Positions 39,991 through 52,330 of a DNA stretch of 64,000 nucleotides are shown here, in pieces. The stretch spans positions 6,200,001 to 6,264,000 of the forward strand of contig OX597838.1 in NCBI GenBank assembly GCA_951406725.2, given 5' to 3'. Below the pieces are notes generated by a model, which searched no databases, was not told the DNA's origin, and saw only the letters and a list, made by a program, of their open reading frames with translations. The position numbers were made by a program, and so were the translations under genes. Source of the stretch: Octopus vulgaris. Its lineage: Eukaryota. The number at the start of each line of letters is the position of its first letter. The first letter of the stretch is position 1.

Positions 39991-41134
39991 GATATATGTA
40001 GATATTCTTCTCTTGCAATTTCTCTCTCTCAGTCCAATTCTAGAACCAATTCTACACTGATCTGTTCACAGAGAACCTCGCTAATCTCTTATCATCCCGC
40101 TTCTGGCCTTCACTAAAAGCTCATATGTTCTTTTTCACAAAATTTCTATCATAGCCTCGCCAATGCTTCCAGCTAGCAACTGCACCCAGGCATTTGGCTT
40201 TCTATCCGTATAAATTCGAACATCCTCGATCCACCACTGGATAAAATAGATCTTGCTGTATGATATGAACACGCGGCAACCGTTGAAGAATATATACTCA
40301 GGCAATAAGCACGACTTCTTTTCAGATCAAACCATGAAAGGGATAAACAGGCTTGTCAAATAACATCTCATTATATCAAAATGTATTATAGATATACAAT
40401 AAATAGATTTCGATAAAATAAGTACAGGACTGAAGTGATTACTGAGGTCGATATGTAACTAATTCCCTTGAAGATAGTATTGGTGTCTATTTACAAATAA
40501 TAAGGTAACGCTCCAGGAAAATTTTGCTTCTTACAGTTTAAATGCTGGCTTTTAAACGCAAATATACATAATAACAACCAGAGAGATGCGAACGTCAATG
40601 ATACGCAGAGTAGTAAAATACACTCTACATACGGCAATATATAACATCGAATTAGATATTTGAATTCGTTATAGATTCAGAACTCTTCGCGTCTAATTGA
40701 ACGAAAGGTAGGAATTTGTTTTGTTTTATTCATCGATTTATATATTTTTGATTTGTATTTCTTCTCTAGTTTTAAATCCCCAGAAATTGTGAGAAAAATA
40801 GTGGATGACATCAAAGATATTTAGGAGAGAGAATATCTTCAAAGACATAACCTGTATCGTTCCGATATGCCTCTCTTCTTTTCCAGTGAGACGCGTGGAA
40901 CTACTCGCCTTTTTCCAACTAGCTTTGATGCAAAGACAACTTGAGAAGGTAATTTCAACTTGATTATGCCCAATACATTTTGATTAGAACCTAAAGCTAT
41001 TACAAGCCAACTCAGACACATCAATACTTATACAACAAAATCAAATAGAAACGATATAGCATCAAACACACATATAGATATCCACGTTGATATGCAAAAA
41101 GAGCGCTATATACATTACATACAAATGCACACGC

Positions 41135-41641
41135 AATATACATACCTACATACATATATATATATATATACATATATACATATATATATATATTTACATA
41201 CATATATACATATACCCATACATATACACATACATATATATTTACATACATATATACATATACCCATACATATACACATACATATATATACATACATATG
41301 CATACACACACATATATATATACACATACACATATATAAATACACATATATATACACACATATATATAAATAAACATATATATATACATACACATATATA
41401 TATTTACATACATATATACATATCCACATACATATATACATATCCACATACATATATACATATACACATACATATATACATATACACATACATATATACA
41501 TATACACATACATATATACATACATATACATATATACATACATATACATATATACATACATATACATATATACATACATATACATATATACATACATATA
41601 CATACACACATATATATACATACACATACATATACATAGAC

Positions 41642-41674
<33 letters not shown>

Positions 41675-41690
41675 TACATACACACACATA
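41135..41690. repeat. Degenerate (TACATA)/(CA)/(TA) minisatellite
   Basis: Direct observation. Confidence 0.93.
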
Positions 41691-41949
41691 TGTCATTGTT
41701 AATGATATATTGTTAGTCGTAAAATACATAGATCTCTCCAGCAAATATCTTCTTTGGTCATACATTTTTTACTCAAATTCACTCTGTCGCTCGCTCTCTC
41801 TTTCTCTCTCTCTCTTCTTCTTCTTTTCATCATCTTAGTCTTTCTATCACTCACACATTTAATCACTGTCTATCTCCTTCATATAATACACCCGTTTTAA
41901 CTCGCTGAATTATCTGTTTGAACAGTTGTACATTACAAACCATACATAG

Positions 41950-42108
41950 AAGCACACACTCACACACATACACACACACACATACAAACGCACACACACA
42001 CACACATACACATACAGACGCACACACACACACACACACAGACGCACACACACAAACACACACACAGACGCACACACACACGCACACACATACAGACGCA
42101 CACACACA

Positions 42109-42161
<53 letters not shown>

Positions 42162-42244
42162 AAGGAGAGAGAGATGTAGAGAGACAGGCAGAGACAGAGT
42201 GGAAGACAGCAATATCAGGAAGACATATATACAGACACATTATA

Positions 42245-42277
<33 letters not shown>

Positions 42278-42280
42278 TTG
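41950..42280. repeat. (CA)n with CAGACG interruptions plus (TA)n
   Basis: Direct observation. Confidence 0.9.
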
Positions 42281-42659
42281 AAGAAGAAATAATGTAGGTG
42301 TGTGGGTGTGTAGCCGAGAGCAGCAAACAGAACGCGTACGTTCACAGCGTTTTTTCCAACTCTAGCGTGACACTACTTCGTATTGTATTCATTAATGAAG
42401 CTATTTTACACTTATTCCTTATTATAGATTGGCCTCAAGTGTTATTGGAAAGAAGGGAAAGAATTGGTAATTGATAAACACCTCAGTCTACTGAGATTTG
42501 CATTGTCGTATATAAATGTAATTCTACAAAGCGCTAAGTTGGTATTTCGACCGACGTTGGCAAACAGATCGTATTTGCTTTTGTGCTTCTTCGCCCATGG
42601 TACTTTGTTAACCGGATATTCTGACATAATCAAGTGTTAAATGTATATGATATCACTTA

Positions 42660-42775
42660 TAAGTATATATGTATACGTATATAAATATATATATATACAT
42701 ATATTTACACATATGTGCATATGTGTACACACATATATATAGATAGATACACATATAGATACACGTTTATATATT

Positions 42776-42810
<35 letters not shown>

Positions 42811-43025
42811 TTATATATGCACTTGTATGCATGTATACATATATATATATATATATAAATACACGTATTCACACAGATATATATATATATATACATTTAT
42901 ACACATACACGTAGTCCCATACACACACACACATACACACACTACACATATATATATATATATACACATATTTATATATGTGCAATTTTATATTTGTGTA
43001 TATATATATATGTGTGTGTGTGTAT
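42660..43025. repeat. Degenerate (TA)/(CA) microsatellite region
   Basis: Direct observation. Confidence 0.88.
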
Positions 43026-43734
43026 TTAAGTATACATCTAGATATGTATTAGTGCGCAAGTGTATAAAAGAACGGTCAAATATTTCAGGTACTTAGCGAC
43101 AGAAATAAGATTCCTTATTCTATCCAACGGCCTGGTAATTTGGTGTTAACCCTTTGCTAGAAGGTCGGACAGGCCCCTGGTTTATTCTTTTATGTAAAAG
43201 TCCATCGAAAACCTCTGCCTCGAATAACCGGCGGTCTCTTTACTTGTGTAAAGAAACCACTTTGAAATTAATTATGCATCTCTGACAGTTGCATCTACCG
43301 AAGTTGCACCTGGGGTATAACGAGCCCTTACGATGCCAAATATTTTGTTTTTGCCACCGTATTAATCGAAGACCTAAAATACTCACAAACGAAACTGACG
43401 GAGAGATAGACTCGTATGGACAACATTGCTGTGCATGGACGTTCACATTTCACTAGGTAATTGTCATTTAAAATACTCGTTTATGAGACGTTACAAAACT
43501 TCATACATTTCTTTATCAACTTCCAATATATCTCTAGATCCGCCGTCTAACCGACAGATAATCACTCTCTTATACTGTCTCGAACGCTCACTCACTGTCC
43601 ATTTCTATGTATGTGTGTAAGCGCTCAAGGAACTACTGAATTTCTTTAGCTGCATTGTGATAGAACATATAAATGATGTATGACGTAATTTTCTTTATAA
43701 TCGATGCATCTTAATATTTCCATGCAACTATATA

Positions 43735-44049
43735 CATCATCGGAGCGTGGCCGTCTGCCAGCCTCGTCTGGCACCTGTGTCGGTGGCACATACAAAACAC
43801 CATCCGAGCGTGGCCGTCTGCCAGCCTCGCCTGGCACCTGTGTCGGTGGCACATAAAAAACACCATCCGAGCGTGGCCGTCTGCCAGCCTCGTCCGGCAC
43901 CTGTGTCGGTGGCACATAAAAAACACCATCGGAGCGTGGCCGTCTGCCAGCCTCGTCTGGCACCTGTGTCGGTGGCACATAAAAGACACCATCCGAGCGT
44001 GGCCGTCTGCCAGCCTCGTCTGGCACCTGTGTCGGTGGCACATAAAAAG
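43735..44049 (+). repeat. GC-rich 63-bp tandem repeat, 5 copies
   Basis: Unit CACCATCCGAGCGTGGCCGTCTGCCAGCCTCGTCTGGCACCTGTGTCGGTGGCACATAAAAAA starting at 43735, 43798, 43861, 43924 and 43987. Confidence 0.97.
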
Positions 44050-44220
44050 CACCCACTACACTCTCGGAGTGGTTGGCGTTAGGAAGGGCATCCAGCTGTA
44101 GAAACACTGCCAGATCTGACTGGCCTGGTGTAGCCTTCGGGCTTGCCAGACCCCAGTTGAACCGTCCAACCCATGCTAGCATGGAAAGCGGACGTTAAAT
44201 GATGATGATGATGATGATGA
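43735..44220 (+). mobile_element. 5'-truncated SINE-like retroposon with (TGA)n tail, carrying the 63-bp array
   Basis: The array runs into GGTTGGCGTTAGGAAGGGCATCCAGCTGTAGAAAC...CCCATGCTAGCATGGAAAGCGGACGTTAAA(TGA)n. Confidence 0.75.
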
Positions 44221-44342
44221 TCTCTAGCATTCTCTGTAGAATATTTATAATACGTTGATAGTTCATACTGTAATCTGCAGTTTATCAGTATCACGTAGTA
44301 AGATACACTAAACATTAATTGTTTATTAACATTTCGATTTAA

Positions 44343-44550
44343 CTCTTTAGCATTCAGTTTATTTTGTCATATACAATTCTTATTTATTCACATTGTTTTG
44401 AATTAATCACGCATTATCTCCAACATTACAAACTTCGATGGTGTCATTGCTTAATTTAACAATGTCTTTATAAAGTAGCTGTGAGATAGACATAACCAGT
44501 TTGACCAGAAAAGAGTTAAAATATCTAGGCCGGTAGAAAATCCTACAGAG
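44343..44550. mobile_element. piggyBac-like MITE, older copy
   Basis: TTAA|CTCTTTAGCATTCAG...CTACAGAG|TTAA; internal ACATTGTTTTGAA.TAATCA shared with 44693-44913. Confidence 0.7.
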
Positions 44551-44692
44551 TTAAATCTATTCTGGTTTATATATTCATAACTTCATTCTTTCCATTTACG
44601 CTTTCATTTGTACGCTATTCATTGAGATGTTTTCGTTGTATTCGTTTTTTGTGGTTTTTTCATATACTTGTTTAAACTTAAATCTGCCTTAA

Positions 44693-44913
44693 CCCTTTAG
44701 TGTTCACATTATTCTGCCAAAATTAATGCTTCTTCATCAACATTGTTTTGAACTAATCATACATTATCTTGTAGCTATGAGATTTTGATGAGGTGGCGGT
44801 TAATTTTTAAAATGACATTGTAGGGTTGGTGTGAGAGACCAGATCTGGCCAGTTTGAACATAAAACAGGCAGAATACTTTTGGCCGGATATGACCGGTTT
44901 AAGTGCTAAAGGG
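44693..44913. mobile_element. piggyBac-like MITE
   Basis: TTAA|CCCTTTAG...CTAAAGGG|TTAA: 8-bp perfect TIR starting CCC, with TTAA TSD. Confidence 0.85.
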
Positions 44914-46426
44914 TTAAACACGGAGATTTATCGAGAAATACTGTCCCACTTTCGCATTATCTTTATTTCAACATCGTTTATATAACCCTAGATTACGAAT
45001 TTCGATATGACCTTGCTTTCTTAAATATAATGGCATGTGAACAAGATCTTATTTCGCGAGTCATTTTTGATATTACTGCCCGAATAGAATCCGCTTCATA
45101 TGTTCATATTAGAACCACAGCAATGTTTTGGGAAGATGGATCTGTAAATGCTCTCGGTAATCCTATTATTTCGTTCGAACTTACGTTTCGGATTTGATTT
45201 ACTGTGTCTAATGAGTGCTTTTTAAAACTTCCACACTTACGTATACCAAATCTAATTAGGAAAAGGTAATTGCAGCTTTCTTTAAGTTTAACTGAGGTGT
45301 GCCTAAATATATATCAATACCTGCACCATTTAAGACGGCCATTCTGTAGCAACCTCCAGAATGATTGTCTTTTTTTATTTTCATTTTACTCGACGCGACT
45401 CCACATACTCCGTAAGGTATTTTCAAACGTACTTAATAAAATAGATTTTATTATTTAGGCATGACATTATCGTTGTTAAGCGCCAGATCAGTTCACATTT
45501 ACGAGAACTATATTTCAAGGTGTTTCAATCATGCCCATCCCGTTTAAGATAATGCACCGCACACTACATTCGACAAAGCCTTCATGTGTCTTATGCATTT
45601 TCTTTCACGACATAGGGTACTCATTCATTTGAGCAACATTCGAATGTTGGATCAAGAAGGTTAATCAAGCGATTAAAGGCTATCTCTGTCAATGTTATAG
45701 TGAATTAAGGATTATGTGGCTTTTACGTGTATTTCCCAGCTTGCCATTTAACAATATTATAAATTTGAATAAATATGCTTTCATCGTTGTATTGGTCATT
45801 AGCGAACCACACCATAAATGCCTTTGCATTGTTCCATAAACTCAAATGTGTGAATACTTTTATATCTGTATTTATTCAAACTAATGTTATTACATTAGCT
45901 GAATCCGAATCTGTTTCTCCATAGGTCTCGTTTATGGGAGTTGTTCTTGAAATATTTTAGTTTAACGAGGGATTCATTTGTCAGAGGCAATAACAGTTCT
46001 AAGATCCTTAGAAAAACGAATGAGTTAGATATTTACAACTTTCTACCAAATATCCAGATAAACTTAGACACGTCCACACATTTCTTAAATACGATAAGTA
46101 TGGAAAAGCATCAAAATGCGCTGTTTGAATAGCAAAGACGACGCGAAGTTAAATTTCACCTGTGTGAAGATGCGGTATCTTATAAATTTAGGCAATGAGA
46201 AAATTACTGCGAATAGTACAAGAAACGTAAAGAAATCCTATGGCTTTTGCGTGTATGATATATCCTATAATAGAAAATGATGCACTGAGATATGTCGATC
46301 AAGCCAGCAGGCAGTCAACCAGCAGCCGTGTAAGTAAGCAACGTAGTCCATTGAGGCACAAATTCCATTGTGTTTACATTATCAGTCTACTAAAGGTTAA
46401 TATATAAGTGCCAGCGCTAAATATAC

Positions 46427-46463
<37 letters not shown>

Positions 46464-46509
46464 AGTGTGTGTGTATATATATATATAAAGAGAGAGAGAG
46501 AGAGAGAGA

Positions 46510-47420
46510 GTTGTCAACTAAGTTCCCGCGTTTTTTTTAAATTTGGGAATTTATTGTGTTTTTAAAAATTGGAATATTTTTTTTTCAAGCAAATTCTATT
46601 TCTGAATCATTTTAGAAGATTTATATATTTTTTCTAGCTAATTTTAATTAATTTTTCGTTATTTTTAGGTCATTTAAATGGAATGTCAATTTAAGAAAAA
46701 CGAGCATTTTTGACACCACCTTCTTTTTGTTTTAATCAAGGTTCTAAGGCCGGAAAAGCTGCTCACGACATTTGTGCTGTGTATGGAGAGGGTGCCACAG
46801 CTGAAAGAACCACTCGTGATTGGTAAGCGAAGTTCAAATATGGAAATTTTTACCTCAAAGACACACCTCATTCTGGCCGACTAGAGTTCGATAAAAAGCG
46901 ATTATACCAACTTTTGCACGAAAATTCTTGTCAAACGACAAGGGAACTGGCAGAGAAAAAAGAATGCTCCTACACTGCTATAGAAAAGCATCTTCACTCG
47001 ATGAGAAAGTTTCAGATGTATAGAGCATGGGTTCCGCATGCTTTAAGTGACAACAACAAAAATTGCTTAAATGGAACCAAACGGTCAACACAGAATTCTA
47101 TGTTCAACAGATGGGACGACTCAACACGGCTCTTCAAGAGAAAGGACATGATCGTCAGCATGGAGTTTTTCTGCTGCACGACAATGCCCGCCCTCATATC
47201 ACCAATATGACCAAGGAAGCCATTCAAACGCATGGCTGGGAAGTGCTGCCACACCCACCGTAATCTCCTGATTTGGCACCAAAGGATTTCCACCATTTCG
47301 ATCTCTTTCAAATTTTATGCGCGGAGTTTCGTTCAATACGGATGCAGAACTGAGAACTTGGTTGGATCAATTTTTCGAGTCGAAATCGGGTGATTTCTAC
47401 CAACGAGGTATTGAGAATTA
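46510..47420 (+). pseudogene. mariner (DD34D-type) transposase pseudogene, internally deleted
   Basis: ATG at 46678; AAHDICAVYGE, TTRELAE, WVPHAL, LLHDNARPH, WEVLPHPP*SPDLAP.DFH, DFYQRGIE. The region with the first catalytic Asp is missing. Confidence 0.92.
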
Positions 47421-47895
47421 TTAAACATTTTAAAGCAAAAAATCCAAATTTTGAACAAAATGCAACATTTTCTACAACCGTAACAAATGCTTCTGCGTGT
47501 CAACGAGAAATTTGTAGAACAAAAAATAAAAAGGCTTCTAAGCAAACAACGTTAAACTTGTTTATTAAAAATATATCTACAAGTCCGGCTACGAGTGCTT
47601 GTGAATCAGCGATCTGGTCTACAAATGATGGTATGTCCGAGCCTAGTTCTAGCGACTGTGATCCAGAAAACAATTATAATAATGATTTATTTTTTAACAT
47701 TATTATAAACGATCTTGACATTCCTTTTTCTATACATAAAATATTCTTCACATTCTTCCGTTGTCTCATTGCCATTTATTTACGATCATTATAAATTTTA
47801 CAGGTAAAATATTTTAGTAGGAACGGATTACTATTTTTAACATTGCTATTATTGGAAAGTATTTTAACTTAAGGAAGCACATTAACTTGTATATC
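47421..47895 (+). mobile_element. pogo/Tigger-like transposon 3' remnant
   Basis: FKAKNPNFEQNATFSTTVTNASACQREICRTKNKKASKQTTLNLF resembles the Tigger1-type transposase C-terminus; GGAACGGATTA...TTAACTTAAG resembles Tigger subterminal motifs. Confidence 0.6.
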
Positions 47896-47899
47896 GGAT

Positions 47900-48246
47900 T
47901 GGAAGCACTCCGTCGGTTACGACGACGAGGGTTCCGGTTGATTCGAATCAACGGAACAGCCTGCTCGTGAAGTTAACGTGTAAGTGGCTGAGCACTCCAC
48001 AGACACGTATACCCTTAACGTAGTTCTCGGGGGGATATTCAGCGTGACACAGAGTGTGTTAAGGCCGGCCCTTTGAAATACAGGTACAACAGAAACAGGA
48101 AGTAAGAGTGAGAGAAAGTTGTGGTGAAAGAGTACAGCAGGGATCACCACCATCCCCTGCCGGAGCCTCGTGGAGCTTTAAGGTGTTTTCGCTCAATAAA
48201 CACTCACGACGGCCGGTCTGGGAATCGAAACCGCGATCCTATGACC
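47900..48246 (-). mobile_element. SINE family C head with C1 tail (slightly 5'-truncated)
   Basis: GCACTCCGTCGGTTACGACGACGAGGGTTCC...GGGAATCGAAACCGCGATCC; near identical to 51948-52330. Confidence 0.92.
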
Positions 48247-48854
48247 ACTACTTGTATATCGTGGCATTACTGTATATATGCAAAACTCGATTATGAGAGC
48301 AGAATCTCCAATGAAGATACGGGAGAGATGCACAAAACCAAATAATAATCATCTTTCGTCAACATTAGTTGAAATGCTACGTTGGCGGTTTGCATGGTTT
48401 CATTTATATACACGGAGTGGCAAATCTCAGCAGTGTGAGGTGTTTATCAATTACCAATTCTTTCCTTCTTTCCAATATCACCTGAGGGCAATCTATAATA
48501 AGGTATAAATGTATAATAGCCTCATTATTGAATGAAATATGAACTGGCGTCGTGCAAGTGTAGGAAAAATGCTATGTACTGCGAATGTATGTTTGCAGCT
48601 CCTGGCTAATACGTATGAGAATAAAGTATATACTTGTTTGCGAAGATACATATTTATTTTATTGATGTATAGTTAGAAATCTATTGGAAGATAGAGAGAG
48701 AGAGAGAGAGAGAGTGAGATGAAGTGAAGATTTAAACAGAATTATATACAAATGTTAACATCTGTAGGTGTTCGTGTAACTATTTAGACGCCTGTGAACA
48801 CAGGTATATTTACACTTATACGCAAAACTTTAGATACATTTTCTCACACACATA

Positions 48855-49255
48855 TCTTTATATATAAAAGTGAGGTTGTGTGCTGTCTGTCTCCTACGAT
48901 TTAGATTCCTAACTACTCCCACATTTTGCGGTGCAGTGTAACCAAAAACGGGTGTCTTATAGTCGTGATTCATATCGAGCCCTTCTGGGTATTAGCGCGC
49001 GTCTACGATGAGTCTACGATTTAAAAAAAAATTACCATCATTTTTCCCATTTTTAATGCATTTTTTTGCAATTATATAAGGGAAGTAACTCTCTAAAAAT
49101 GTATTATTATATCTCAGAACGTAAAAAGCTACAGTAACACCCCCCCCCCCTTTGTGGTTAGCCATATTGAGATGGCTACTATACTTTACATCTCTAAAAA
49201 TACTTATATAGTTATTTCCCTTACAAACCCGAGCAACGCCGGGCGATACTGCTAG
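48855..49255 (+). mobile_element. Non-autonomous Helitron
   Basis: A|TCTTTATATATAAAAG 5' end; 3' hairpin CCCGAGCAACGCCGGG (49228-49243) 8 nt before CTAG|T. Inserted in an AT dinucleotide with no TSD. Confidence 0.88.
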
Positions 49256-49275
49256 TATAGATATAATTCACACTT

Positions 49276-49580
49276 GTGGAGGCGAAATTGCCCAGTGGTT
49301 AGTACAGCGGACTCGCGGTCGTAGGATCGCGGTTTCGATTCCCAGACCGGGCGTTGTGAGTGTTTATTGAGCGAAAAAAAACCTATGCTCCACAAGGCTC
49401 CGACAGGGGGGCGGCGGCGATCCCTGCTGTACTCTTTCGCCACAAATTTATCTCACTCTTTCTTCTGTTGGCCTGCTCACTTAGTCAGCGGGGTGGTATC
49501 ATTTGAAGGCTAAATCAATGCGAAGCGCATTGTGACCACCGATGTGTAGCAACATCTGATAGTCTGGGTGATCACGGTGA
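49276..49580 (+). mobile_element. SINE family C head with C2 tail
   Basis: Homologous to 39679-39990 along its length. Confidence 0.9.
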
Positions 49581-49594
49581 TATATATATATATG

Positions 49595-49972
49595 CTAGCA
49601 GTATCGCCCGGCGTTGCTTGGGTTTGTTTCTACCCTTTAGAATTGGAATTTTTGAAAAGTAAAAATTTGGTATTATGTAGCTTGTTATCCTCTTAAAGTG
49701 AACATTTTTCTGGTTCAAATGCACAGAAAAATGACGACACAGCAGTCAAAAGATCGCAAAAATTAAGGATTTTCATAGAAAAAAGAAAGCACCTTTTTGA
49801 TGTAAATAATTTTTGGTTTCAGCATGGTCCGATGTGAATTTTGTCTTCGCTGAAATGAAGAGAAAGCCTTCTTCTATCATACTCCCAACTTTGGACAACT
49901 TGCGCAGCAGGCTCTCGTAGGCGATAGTGTTAGTTGAAGGCTACCAAACCTGCCATACAGAGACAACTTCAG

Positions 49973-50014
<42 letters not shown>
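49595..50014 (-). mobile_element. Non-autonomous Helitron (same termini, different interior)
   Basis: CTAGCAGTATCGCCCGGCGTTGCTTGGGTTTGT is the revcomp of the 49223-49255 3' end. The 5' end revcomp is (TA)nAAGCTGAAGTTGTCTCTGT; its exact boundary lies within (TA)n. Confidence 0.8.
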
Positions 50015-50016
<2 letters not shown>

Positions 50017-51192
50017 CAAAGTTGTCACTATAAAAATGTCTGTATATGAATGTATAAGATATATGTCTGCTTTGTAAACTTTAAGTGCTATAGAGCTCAA
50101 GTTTTGAAAACTGTCTGGATATGCTTATATAAAATGTTGAAATAACTGTTCTAGGTTTTTGCGTTTAGAATTAACTCTTCTCCAAATATTTCTGCTGGCT
50201 GTATCAAAACCGTTGCAGCGTTCAATAAAGTTCATTGTTGTTCCAATTTTATTGAGCAAGAGACAGGAATTGAGGATTATCAATAATATTATGATTAAGT
50301 TTCAATGCACGTGAGACTGTCTGAGAAATATCTCAACAAAGCGTTCGAAAACTGAGAATTTTAATGTGAGTGAGGAGGTTTCTTGTTACATCCACGTGAG
50401 GAATAGGGACAAAGAGAGGGAGAGAGAGAGAGAAAGAGTGAATGAGAGAATAGGGAAGTGGAAGATGTCAGAGATATTTCCACAAAGATGTCTATCTTTT
50501 TTTCTTGCATCTCATAGAAATTTAGCATGTCCCGAACGTAGAATAATTATTGATTTCGTGTAAAATATAGCAACTATTTCACGAATTATATCTATATTTG
50601 CAGAATTCGTCCAAAAATTTGATGTTAGTCAAATACTGAATAAATTCCTTACTATAATTTTCTGGTGAACCGTTGGGAAATTCAAGGAGATGTAGTAACG
50701 CTGATTGTTATCCAACTACAGTATGGTCGTTAAGTGCGCATAAATGATGTTCTGACCAAGAAGATTTTCATTGAAGAATCTTTCCATCATCTTCAACAAA
50801 GATTGGTCCATCAGAAGAAAGTATTTTTCAGACATGTTGTTAAGATCGATATAGAGATTTGGCTCATCGTTTATTGACACAGCTAGCATTTATTTATCAC
50901 CCGCGCATTAAGTTTCTATTTTTTCATGTTTTCAAGTGCTTGAAGCTTTCTCCATAGTTTCATATTACGTCTTAAATTTTCTAATAAAAATTGTTTGTAA
51001 ACGTTATGCCTGAATACAAAATCGTTATCAAATTTAAATTCAGGAGAGATATTCAAAATTAATTTCCAAAAATCGTAAGTCATTCGGTCAAATAAATAGA
51101 TTTAGTGTATTTCTGTTTTAAGTGAAATGGAAGCACTATAATATCTATTTCACATTTAAAGAAACGTGTTTCTTTTCCGTTTTTCATCTTAT

Positions 51193-51622
51193 AGGCGCAG
51201 GAGTGGCTGTGTGGTAAGTAGCTTGCTAACCAACCACACGGTTCCGGGTTCAGTCCCACTGCGTGGCATCTTGGGCAAGTGTCTTCTGCTATAGCCCCGG
51301 GCCGACCAATGCCTTGTGAGTGGATTTGGTAGACGGAAACTGAAAGAAGCCTGTCGTATATATGTATATATATATATATATAAGCGTGTGTGTACATGTT
51401 TGTGTGCCTGTGTTTGTCCTCCTAGTATTGTTTGACAATCGATGCTGGTGTGTTTACGTCCCCGTCAGTTAGCGGTTCGGCAAAACAGACCGATAGAATA
51501 AGTACTGGACTTACAAAGAATAAGTCCCGGGGTCGATTTGCTCGACTAAAGGCGGTGCTCCAGCATGGCCGCAGTCAAATGACTGAAACAAGTAAAAGTA
51601 AATGTAAGTAAAGTAAAGTAAA
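51193..51622 (+). mobile_element. SINE family A, full length, young
   Basis: AGGCGCAGGAGTGGCTGTGTGGTAAG...CAAATGACTGAAACAAGTAAAAGT(AAAGT)n. Confidence 0.93.
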
Positions 51623-51947
51623 ATTTATTTTGATATTAGCCGTAAATCACAAGGGTATCATTTAGCTGAGAGTTTCTGGGTATGCATAAGATTGTGTTGG
51701 TACATGCATAAGCGAGTAGACTGTATCACCTCTGTAAATCGTTCTAATTGACCTGGAGTAGAGACTGGCGATGCTCAGATGAATACTTACAGAATAATAG
51801 GAATACGAGTTGTAACAAGGGGGTATAGTAATACAGGGTGATGTGTGATGGGTACTTAGGAAAGATGCAACGACCCTGGCAGTCATGGCGAAGTTTTATT
51901 GGAAGTGAAAAACATCTGAAAAGTTCTGGAAATGTCTATTTCTTGAT

Positions 51948-52330
51948 GAAGCACTCCGTCGGTTACGACGATGAGGGTTCCGGTTGATCCGAATCAACGG
52001 AATAGCCTGCTCGTGAAGTTAACGTGTAAGTGGCTGAGCACTCCACAGGCACGTGCACCCTTAACGTAGTTCTCGGGGATATTCAGCGTGACACAGAGAG
52101 TGACAAGGCCGGCCCTTTGAAATACAGGTACAACAGAAACAGGAAGTAAGAGTGAGAGAAAGTTGTGGTGAAAGAGTACAGCAGGGATCACCACCATCCC
52201 CTGCCGGAGCCTCGTGGAGCTTTAGGTGTTTTCGCTCAATAAACACTCACAACGCCCGGCCTGGGAATCGAAACCGCAATCCTACAACCGCGAGTCCGCT
52301 GCCCTAACCACTGAGCCATTGCGCCTCCAC
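51948..52330 (-). mobile_element. SINE family C head with C1 tail, full length
   Basis: Head revcomp GTGGAGGCGCAATGGCTCAGTGGTTAGGGCAGCGGACTCGCGG; complete C1 tail. Confidence 0.93.

Noticed and set aside
43735-44049. CRISPR array or 21-aa repeat protein
   Set aside because: Units are head-to-tail with no unique spacers, there are no cas genes, and the context is eukaryotic; the ORFs follow from the 63-bp period.
51660-51940. Possible decayed CR1-type LINE end on the minus strand
   Set aside because: Only faint peptide resemblance (PELFRCF); not supportable by eye.
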